From Diplonema japonicum (lineage: Eukaryota; Protista; Euglenozoa: Diplonemea): 64,000 nucleotides of DNA. The stretch covers positions 124,001-188,000 of the forward strand of contig OZ025727.1 of NCBI GenBank assembly GCA_964019335.1, in the 5' to 3' direction. The translations under genes were made by a program, and so were the position numbers. The notes beneath the pieces were generated by a model. The model ran no database searches. It saw only the letters and a list, made by a program, of their open reading frames with translations, and was not told the DNA's origin. Below are positions 55,741 through 64,000 of this stretch, piece after piece (positions within the stretch are counted from its first letter, which is position 1; every line of letters begins with the position of its first letter).

Positions 55741-55980
55741 GGGGTACAGGGCTTGGGGAAGCCTCTGCAGGGTCGGCAGGGCGTGGTCATCTTCCGCATA
55801 TATAGGGGTGATCTTAGGGGTACAGGGCTCGGGGAAGCCTCCGCAGGGTCGGCAGGGCGTGGTCATCTTCCGCATATATAGGGGTGATCTTAGGGGTACA
55901 GGGCTTGGGGAAGCCTCTGCAGGGTCGGCAGGGCCACGCCCACCCACGGGGCTCAGGGAAGCCTCTGCAGGGTCGGCAGG
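55741..55980 (+). repeat. 76-bp tandem repeat, with dispersed partial copies from 54.7 kb
   Basis: Units start at 55741, 55817 and 55893 (GGGGTACAGGGCTTGGGGAAGCCTCTGCAGGGTCGGCAGGGC...). Confidence 0.9.
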
Positions 55981-56741
55981 AAGTACGCCCTGAACGACAA
56001 GTCCCTCACGGAGGGGACGTACATCAACAAGTCGCTGACGACGCTTGCGAGGGTGGTATCGGCAGTAGCAGGGGGCAAAGGGGACCACATCCCGATCAGG
56101 GACTCCGTCTTGACGCAGCTCATCAGCGACTCCATCGCAGGAAAGGACAACAGCAAGTCGTTCATGCTGGCGGCCATCAACCCCGCAAAGGGGGCAGCGA
56201 TCCACTACGCCTACCAGTACAGCACCCTGAGGTCATCCCTCCCGAGGTTGATCAGTGAATGCACAGTAGAGCAGAGAGCTCTGAATTGGAACATAGATGT
56301 AAAAAAGAAGAAATACCAAGTCGACCTAAAGGAGATGAGAAGAAGCTGGAAGAGATGCTAAGGCAGCGCAGGGCTCGTGTCAAGCACAAGGCAGAAGAGG
56401 TGCGGGCTGATCTTGCCAAGCTGGGGGTAGCGTGGAGCCCTATTTACGCGAAGTACCTAACGTGCGCAGGAGTGGTCGTCTCTGAATGGACTCTTAAGGA
56501 CACTGGTAAACGTGCTGACTCTTCTGTGGCTTCCCTTGTTAGGTTTGAGGATGGGAAGGAGAAGTGGTTCCCTGCTGCCAGCCTCGTGCAGGATAAGGTC
56601 TACAGCTTCCTCATAGATCAGAGAGACGAACTTGCAATGTTAGAGGCAGATCTCGTAAAAAAAACAGCTGAGGTCAAATCCCTTCAAAATAAGCACGCAG
56701 AACTTCTTGAATCCTGGCAGGAGCAAAAACTTGCTGCGTAA
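55979..56741 (+). pseudogene. 5'-truncated kinesin pseudogene (copy 3)
   Basis: Matches 48425-49200, with an 18-nt deletion near 56200 and a frameshifting deletion near 56340. Lacks the P-loop. Confidence 0.88.
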
Positions 56742-57027
56742 GGGTAAATTGACCCGAACAACATAAAAACATACTATGGGAGGTGGCCTACCGGCTCATT
56801 CGCCCTGTAGATCTTTCAATACTCTCGAGCAGTTGAAGCAGAGTCAACAAGGCTGCTGAGGACACAACGACGTTTTTTTGGGAGGGAAAAAAAAAAAAAA
56901 AACTTAAGCCCCTCCCCCACAAGCGAGGGATGAGAACAAGAAGGGGCGCCTCCCATAGTTATTTTTTTGTATTGTTGTTGCTATGATCCAATGCACCAGA
57001 AGGGCAGGGGTGGGGGGAAAAATAAAC

Positions 57028-57528
57028 ATGAGCGCGCAGAAGAAAGTCCTCAGCCCGCACGAGCAGCTGGAAGTTAAGAAGCGAAAAATCTGGGAGCTTG
57101 CAACAAGCCCGAGGAAGCAGATGGCTATGATGATGTTTATGATGTGGGTATGGTTTTTAAAAAAGAAAAAAAAAAAAATTCCCACAGCTTTCCGGTAATG
57201 AGCTGAACATTTTCCCCATAATGATCACTGGACAAGCTGTGTACTCACCTATTAGCTCAATCATGGGTATAAAGGAAAAAAAAAAAAAAAAAACACAAAA
57301 GGCGCAACAAAACTGTTCTCCAAGGTGGTTGATGGGATTGACACCTCAGCTGAGCTCCGGGAAGAGCGGCGCAATGCAGTGATCACCTACATTCTCCATC
57401 AGCTGGTTTTCTTTTGCATCGGTCTTGTTAAATGCTACTATTTGGGCCTTGTGCCCACACATGCTATTGATTGGATAGACCACAGGCCTTACTTGCCAAT
57501 TGAGACCTCCGCTGGGTTTGCCATGTGA
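57028..57528 (+). CDS. EMC4: ER membrane protein complex subunit 4; exons 57028-57147, 57188-57266, 57302-57528 (141 aa)
   Basis: Splicing two GT-AG introns yields WELATSPRKQMAMMMFMMWLSGNELNIFPIM...KCYYLGLVPTHAIDW, the EMC4/TMEM85 signature. Confidence 0.88.
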
Positions 57529-58006
57529 TTGTTTTTATTTTTGTCATTAACCCCTCACAATTTTTTTTTTCCCCCCTCCCCTTTTATTCTTACTTTCGCC
57601 GCCCCCCCCCCCCCTTCCAAAGAATGGAAGAAAAAAAAGAGAAAAAAAAAAGAATTAAAGGAGAGATAACCTTTATCCCCCCATTTTTTTTTCTTCTGAA
57701 AAAACTCCGCAAAAAAAAAAAAAAGAAAAGATCCTCAAGAACAGGGAGAGGAGGGGCAGCAAACGAGGACTAGGCCCGGTGGAAAAAAAAAAAAAGAAAG
57801 AAGAAGCATAGTTTGAAAAAGGATAAGGAGGGTGCTTTGTTTTTTTTTTTGTTTTGTTTTTTTTTTCCTTTCTTTCCCACCCCCCCCATGAAGTGTGTTT
57901 TCTTTTCTTTTTTTTCTTTTTTTTTTTTTTTTTTAAATTGTCTTTGGTTCAAATGATGACATTGCACAAAAAGGGGGGGAAAGAAAACAATGCGAAAAAA
58001 AAGAAA

Positions 58007-61000
58007 ATGGTCGAAACTTTAGACCCGCAACAGCTTCGAGACATCCTTCGAAGGAACGGTCTCCCGAAGAAATTCCTCTCCAACATCGCCAAAAAAGAAG
58101 TCACGGGGGTCGACTTCATGTCCGCAGGCGACCTAATGTTCGAAGGCCTGGGCGCGACCGAGGGGTACCTCAAACGGCAGCTTGAGCGCATCAAACACAG
58201 ACTAACGACAGACTTCGATAACATCTCAACAAAAGTCCCCGTTGCCCAAGCCGCAGCAGCGGTAGAAATTGACAAGTTCTATTTTAACGAGTCCGTCTCT
58301 GATAAGGTCGGGAAAGGGGTGAACATAACGGACTCTTACTCAGACGATCCAACTTTACTGAGAAAAATTCTTTTGCAAAAATACCCCGGGAAGGAACGGG
58401 ACTTGAGATTCATGGACAGCTGGATAGAGGACCACAACAAGCAGCAACAAGACCTGGACACGGCGTCGAAGAAACTAGAAGCAATTCTCAAAAAAGCTGA
58501 AAAAAACCTCGCACCAAAGACAAAAGCCCTTCTGACCTCATACACGGACAACCCCAAGCAAATGGCGGTGGATTTTTCCCGAGCGTACCCGAAACACAGC
58601 TTCGAGTTCCTTTCTGATTGGGCGTGCTCCTCGTCGAAGAAGGTCAGGGAGGTAGTCACACCGTCAGAGGACGAGCTTCAAAAAAACAAGGAAGCAAAGG
58701 CCCTCCTCGATGCAGAACTTGACGCGAAAGAAGCCCAAGAACAGGCCGATAAAGAAACAGCAGCTGAACAAGCTCGAATCGAGGAAGAAGAACTCGCTCG
58801 GAAAAAACAAGAAGAGGACGACCAACTCCGCCTGAAAAAAGAAGAAGAAGAACGTGCTAAGGAAGCCTTGTCCAAAGAGAAAGAAAACAAAGCCCGGCTT
58901 AAAAAGGAACAAGACGCTAAGCGGAAAGAAGACGACCGCCTTCGCAAAGAGGAAGAAAAAAGGCTCAAAGCGGAGGCTAAAGACGCGGAAAAGCGGGCAA
59001 AAGAACTGAAAAAGGAAGAAGAGAAATGGAAGAAGGAGGAGGCCGCTAGACAGAAGGCGCAGCTTAAAGAGCTTCACGCGAGTGAAGCAGCTCAGCGAAA
59101 AGCAGCCGCAAGCGAAATGGACAGCGCATTTAAATCGATCGCAGCCGAGCAACGAGCAGAGCGGTCCGACTTCGAGGATGCACAACGCAGAAAGGAAAAA
59201 GAAGAACAAGAAAGACTAAAACGAGAAGAGGAAGAGAAGCAACGAGAACTAGAAAGGCTCCGACAAGAAGAGGAAGACCGCGAACGAGCACGCCAGGAAG
59301 AAGAAGAAAGACTGAAACGAGAAGAAAAAGAGAAACAACGCAAGGAAAAAGAAGAACAAGAAAGGCTTCAACGAGAAGAAGAAGACCGCGAACGAGCACG
59401 CCAGGAAGAAGAAGAAAGACTGAAACGAGAAGAAGAAGAGAAACAACGCAAAGAAAAAGAAGAACAAGAAAGGCTTCAACGAGAAGAGGAAGACCGCGAA
59501 CGAGCACGCCAGGAAGAACTGAAGCGAGAGGAGGAAGAAAGGCTCCAACAGGAACAAGAAGAACGAGAGAGAATAAAACAGGAAGAAGAAGACCGCGAAA
59601 GGGCACGTAAAGAAGAAGAAGAAGAACTGAAGCGAGAGGAAGAAGAAAGGCTCCAACAGGAAAAGGAAGAACGCGAAAGAATAAACCGGGAAGAAGAAGA
59701 AGAACTGAAGCGAGAGGAAGAAGAGAAAGAACAAGAACAAGAAAGGCTCCGACGAGAGGAAGAAGACCGCGAACGAGCACGCCAGGAAGAAGAAGAAAGA
59801 CTAAAACGAGAAGAAGAAGAGAAACAACGCAAAGAAAAAGAAGAACAAGAAGACCGCGAACGAGCACGCCAGGAAGAAGAAGAAAGACTGAAACGAGAAG
59901 AAGAAGAGCGCATCAAAGAAGAAGAACGACTTGAACGCGAAACTGAGCTACGTACCAGGCAAGAAGAAGAAGCGGCTAAGCAAAAAAAAGAGCGATTGCA
60001 GCAAAAAAAAGCAGCAAAAAAGCAAAAGGAAGCGGAAGAAAAGGAAAGGGCAAGAGCCGAGGAAGAAGAAATGAAGCGAAAAGATGAGGAACAGCGTCTT
60101 AGAAGGGAGGAAGAAGAAGAAAACCAAAGAAAAGCGGACGAAGAAGCTGCCAGGAAGAAAAAAGAAAGGTCGCAACAGAAAAAAGCGGCAAGAAAACAAA
60201 AAGAAGAGGAAGAAGAAAAGAAACGAGTGGAGGCCGAGGAAGAGCGTCTTAGAAAGGAGGAGGAAAACCAAAGAAAAGCGGACGAAGAAGCTGCCAAGAA
60301 AGAAAAAGAACGATCGCAACAGAAAAAAGCAGCAGCAGCAAAAAAAAAACAAAAGGAAGAAGAAGAAGAACGGTTGCGAAAAGAAGAGGAAGAAAAAAAA
60401 CTTAGAAAAGAAGAGGAAGATGCGGCAAGAAAGCAAAAGGAGGAAGAGGAAAGGAAACGAGCAATGCGCGAGGAAGCTGAACGGCAAGACAGAGAAGAGG
60501 AAGAGCTTCGAAGAAAGGAGGAAAAGAAACGAGAAGAAGAAAGGAAGCGCCGAAAGGAGGAGGAAGAAAAGATGCGCCGAAAGGAGGAGGAAGAAAAGAT
60601 GCGCCGAAAGGAGGAAGAACGACAAAAGGAACAGGAAGAAGCCGAGGCCAGAGAAGCGAAAAGGAAAAAGAAAAACAAGAAAGAGGAAGAGGCCAGGCTG
60701 TCTGCAAAACTGGCCGCGGAAAACAAGATCCTGGCAATGCAAGCAAGGATCGACGAACTAGAGAAACAGGTAGTGTGCTTCCTCATCCCCTCACACCCCA
60801 CACAGCTCGTTTCCGCCACTGCACGCTCGCAGGAGACCAGCATTCCTCGCGGTGTAGTGGCATCTATGGCACGAGATACTTACATGTATCAGCAAGCACT
60901 CTCTAGTACCCCCAGGTCCTCCCAACCTCCCGCTGGAACCTCATATGCTTCCGCTCCCTCCCCACAAACTGTACCCGCTGACGCGAACTCGGACTTCTGG

Positions 61001-61072
61001 TCCTCCTACGTCGAGATGTACGAAGCACGCGCTTCACCGCCTGCTGTTAAAAAAGTTAGAATGGATGTATAA
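58007..61072 (+). CDS. Large E/K/R-rich coiled-coil (single alpha-helix-like) protein with N-terminal SAM-like domain; probable 36-nt intron 60770-60805
   Basis: Open for about 1020 codons. N-terminus LRDILRRNGL...KKEVTGVDFM...FEGLG is SAM-like. Internal repeats such as EEEDRERARQEEEERLKREEEEKQR. Confidence 0.85.
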   Translation: MVETLDPQQLRDILRRNGLPKKFLSNIAKKEVTGVDFMSAGDLMFEGLGATEGYLKRQLERIKHRLTTDFDNISTKVPVAQAAAAVEIDKFYFNESVSDKVGKGVNITDSYSDDPTLLRKILLQKYPGKERDLRFMDSWIEDHNKQQQDLDTASKKLEAILKKAEKNLAPKTKALLTSYTDNPKQMAVDFSRAYPKHSFEFLSDWACSSSKKVREVVTPSEDELQKNKEAKALLDAELDAKEAQEQADKETAAEQARIEEEELARKKQEEDDQLRLKKEEEERAKEALSKEKENKARLKKEQDAKRKEDDRLRKEEEKRLKAEAKDAEKRAKELKKEEEKWKKEEAARQKAQLKELHASEAAQRKAAASEMDSAFKSIAAEQRAERSDFEDAQRRKEKEEQERLKREEEEKQRELERLRQEEEDRERARQEEEERLKREEKEKQRKEKEEQERLQREEEDRERARQEEEERLKREEEEKQRKEKEEQERLQREEEDRERARQEELKREEEERLQQEQEERERIKQEEEDRERARKEEEEELKREEEERLQQEKEERERINREEEEELKREEEEKEQEQERLRREEEDRERARQEEEERLKREEEEKQRKEKEEQEDRERARQEEEERLKREEEERIKEEERLERETELRTRQEEEAAKQKKERLQQKKAAKKQKEAEEKERARAEEEEMKRKDEEQRLRREEEEENQRKADEEAARKKKERSQQKKAARKQKEEEEEKKRVEAEEERLRKEEENQRKADEEAAKKEKERSQQKKAAAAKKKQKEEEEERLRKEEEEKKLRKEEEDAARKQKEEEERKRAMREEAERQDREEEELRRKEEKKREEERKRRKEEEEKMRRKEEEEKMRRKEEERQKEQEEAEAREAKRKKKNKKEEEARLSAKLAAENKILAMQARIDELEKQVVCFLIPSHPTQLVSATARSQETSIPRGVVASMARDTYMYQQALSSTPRSSQPPAGTSYASAPSPQTVPADANSDFWSSYVEMYEARASPPAVKKVRMDV

Positions 61073-61185
61073 ACCCTCCCCCCCCCCCCCCCCCCAAAGT
61101 ACTATAAAGCATTTAAAAAAAAAATGCTCAAAAAAAGTTTTTTGTTCCCCCCTTTGTGTTGATTCTTTTCCCCCCTTTTTTCTGC

Positions 61186-61223
<38 letters not shown>

Positions 61224-61266
61224 AAAAAACACACACACACACCCTAGAACATACACAGCACCAAAA

Positions 61267-61773
61267 ATGTGCACGGAAAAGCCAATGCAGGCTGGCGATC
61301 TTTTGATATGCAAAAGGCACAGTGGAATCTTCTGGTCTGGCCCAGTGGCAAAGCACGTGGAAGGGTACACAAGGGTGATACCCCGAAGAAAGAAATGGCT
61401 TGTAATCGATAGAGATGAGGTCAGGATGTACTCGAACCGAGGTGCCTCTGAGGCTGCAGTTTTGCTAAAGGATGTAGTGGAGGCGCAGTACTCTGCACAA
61501 GGAGTCATCACTGTGAAGGCATATTCATGCGCCACATCTATCACCTTCGTAGTCCCGGTGGCAGAAATTGCCGAAATCGTCGAATCACTGCAAGCTGCAC
61601 ACCACTTCTCCCTGCACACGCCTCTTAGCAAATCGCTAGTCGAGGGCCCTCGGAGACGGTTTTTAATTTCGCGGAAGTGAACAGTCAAACTGTGCTGACC
61701 CACCTTCTCTTTCTTACAAGCCCCCGTTACACTGTTTTTAGAGGAGCCATATGCAAAATGGGTTGCCCCTTGA
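61267..61773 (+). CDS. PH-like domain protein (intron 61677-61720; 3' end unresolved)
   Basis: RRKKWLVIDRDEVRMYSN...LLKDV...ITF...EIVESLQ PH-like pattern. GT...CTGAC...AG intron. Confidence 0.55.
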
Positions 61774-62528
61774 GGTTAGAAAAAAAAGTTTTTTTTTTAA
61801 TTTTTTTTTTTATTCTCTGTTGGATTCTCTCAATCCCGTCTAGCTTGTTACCTTTCGTTCTCTTTCTGGAAGAAAAAAAAAAATTGCCGAAGTAGAAAAA
61901 AAAAAAAAAAAAAGGGAAGAGAAAAAAAAATATGGAAGGTACGCCTTTTTTGTTTTCACAGTCTTTCTTTTTTTCTCCAGTGCAGAAAAAAAAAATAGTA
62001 ACTACCATCCCCCACCCCCTTCTTTCCTTTAAATGAATGGTTATTTGTCGTTTGCAGTATATTGAGTCCCCCCCCCCCCCCCCCCTATGCCTCTGTTGTT
62101 TCAGCCTTGGTAGATTAGTTGGCTCACCAGGGGGTTGCTGCACCACCCAGGGAATCAGTTTGTCGTTTTTGACCACAAAAAGGTGGGCATGTTTCTTTTG
62201 GTGTATTGGGCCGGAGTACCCGGTCTGTGACGCTTGGAAATGGCTTTTCTTTTTTTGGCAAAACTGAATAAAAAAAATGGTGTTTGGACCACGAATAAGG
62301 CTTTTGATACCCTCCCCTTTCCCATCATGTGAAAATCTTTTATGTTTTTTCTCGTCTCTTCTCTTCTCTTCTCTCTCTTTTTTTTTTTTTTTTTTTTTTT
62401 GTTCTCGTTTCTGTTTGCTATCACCTCAATCTCAACAAATCTTTTTTTTTATTGCCCGATGTGATGAAAAAAAAAAAAAAAAAAAAAGAAATGTGTCGTT
62501 TTCTTTTTCTTTTTTCATGTTTTTTTTT

Positions 62529-62569
62529 CAGGCGTCCTGCCACATACCGCAGGTACCCTTAAATGTCTC
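62529..62569 (+). mobile_element. Family A retroposon 3' stub
   Basis: CAGGCGTCCTGCCACATACCGCAGGTACCCTTAAATGTCTC between T-tracts; identical to the 37484-37524 copy. Confidence 0.85.
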
Positions 62570-62723
62570 TCTTTTTTTTTTTTTTTTTTTTTTTTGGGCC
62601 GTTGCTAACAACTTCGTTTCCATCATAGTGAATTTTTTTCCATTACGAATTTTCAAAAAAGAAAAAAGGGGGTGGCGAGGGCGGCAGGGGGAAGGGGGGG
62701 GGGGGAGAAGATACACAACCATC

Positions 62724-64000
62724 ATGAAAAACTTCTACAGAATACTACTTCCACTAGGCCTCGTAGCGCTTTGCGGAGGAGTCGCACCCTGTACTTGCTC
62801 TGAAGACGAATCCTGCTGCTTGGCAGACACCGTGTACGTCTGCTGCGTGAACGAAGTAACGCAGTGCGTAGAAGAAGCACCGGAGGGCCTGTTCCCAAGC
62901 AGGTGCTGCCCGAAGTGGACGGTGGGATGTACCATGGGCAGCGTGGGCTGCTGCGACCCATCAACACCATGGCAACGCGCCATCCCACCACCGCAAGCCG
63001 ATAACGAAAAGCCACTCACAACTACCTTGAAACAAAAGCAATCCAAACGCAGCACGCCCACCGAGTACGTGTACGCCTTGTTCATTACAGGCCCGGGGAA
63101 AATACTGTCAACAGTAATATTAACAGTGGATGGAAAGGTCATCAGTTACACAGCTGTCATCGGCGACGCCGCGGAATGGTACGCTAGGTGGTACGGAGAA
63201 GGCACTAGAGTCTTTCCTTTCGACAGCAAACATGTTCTCTTCCACATTCTGGACGCTCCCAACAGCACAGCACCCGTTACCTTATATTCCATCGATGCAA
63301 GGTCTGGTAACTCGACGTCGAAACAGCTTGTTAATGAGCTTGCTGGGACTGTTACGGGGTATCCTTTAGGTATTAAGTTCTCTGAGGAGTCCGATCGATT
63401 GATTTTTTCCACGCTCGCTGGGAATAGCTTTACGTTCTACTCTGTCAATGTTAACTCCGGACTTACTACCAAGCTCGGCTCGACCACATTCAATAAAACA
63501 CAAGGCGAGCTCGATCCCGGTTTCTACATGGGGTATTTGTCCGGGCTTTCGCTGGACGGGAAGACCGCGTACCGTTTAGGGTACCGCAACGTCACTTATC
63601 AAAACACCTTCGGGTTCATGAAAAACTCGTTGAAGGGCGGCACCGACGCAAGCTTCCTGTCCATTCCAAGGCCGTCTAATGCGTACGATTTATATTCGTT
63701 CACCAGATTGGTCAACACGGAGGTGTATTACTCTTTAGCGCCTTCTTCGGTGGGTGACGGTAGCTTCTATGTATACACTTGGGACAATTCTACGGTGCCA
63801 AATGTCACGTTGGTGGCGCAGTTGGATAATGCGTTTCCGCCTACTGTCATGTCGCTGGGCATTCTGGTGTGGAGGGGGAATAAAAATAGAAAAAAAAAAA
63901 AGAAGAAAAAACAAAAAAACAGGGTTACGTCGCAACAGCCGTTTCTGAGTACACCTTCATCACTGTTGTCATGAGCAGGGTGCCGAACAGTAACTACCAG
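62724..64000 (+). CDS. Secreted protein with granulin-like CC-rich N-domain and probable beta-propeller; intron 63867-63922; runs off the window
   Basis: Signal peptide MKNFYRILLPLGLVALCGG, paired Cys (SCC, VCC, RCC, GCC), then beta-rich repeats. After the intron the frame continues GYVATAVSEYTFITVV to the window edge. Confidence 0.8.

Noticed and set aside
55741-55980. CRISPR-like array
   Set aside because: Units are contiguous 76-bp tandem repeats with no unique spacers; there are no cas genes, and the context is eukaryotic.
59130-60843. Long minus-strand ORFs (up to 455 aa)
   Set aside because: Antisense shadows of the GAA/AAA-rich coiled-coil gene, giving low-complexity S/F/L translations.
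1-64000. Spliced-leader RNA, rRNA or snRNA genes
   Set aside because: No convincing match seen by eye; a covariance-model search would be needed to exclude them.

Overview
Eukaryotic (protist) genomic DNA. Every credible protein-coding gene lies on the + strand, most are intronless, and intergenic DNA is rich in homopolymers. This organisation is consistent with a euglenozoan, most plausibly a diplonemid (inference only). Gene content in order: the 3' end of a CaaX protein; a 7-gene array of Cys-rich type I surface proteins (1-27.5 kb); three tandem AAAP/Aa_trans amino-acid transporters (28-37.4 kb); a prolidase; PDZ-like, Ubl-ankyrin and hypothetical genes; two kinesins plus a broken third copy, with an unusual F-box-like/motor/MIB-SH3-like architecture; a DUF1917 gene; a kinase pseudogene; EMC4; a SAM/coiled-coil protein; a PH-like protein; and a secreted Cys-rich protein. 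The intergenic space holds two piggyBac elements, Kolobok-like, Sola-like and Tc1-like elements and MITEs, and a TIR element carrying tRNA-like modules. It also holds many 5'-truncated non-LTR retroposon ends that finish in a covarying RNA hairpin followed by poly(T) and sit in T-tracts; an empty/filled site pair is visible. The few introns are tiny (35-56 nt), and three of them are poly(A)-filled rather than polypyrimidine. All domain calls are from motif recognition by eye; no database searches were run.
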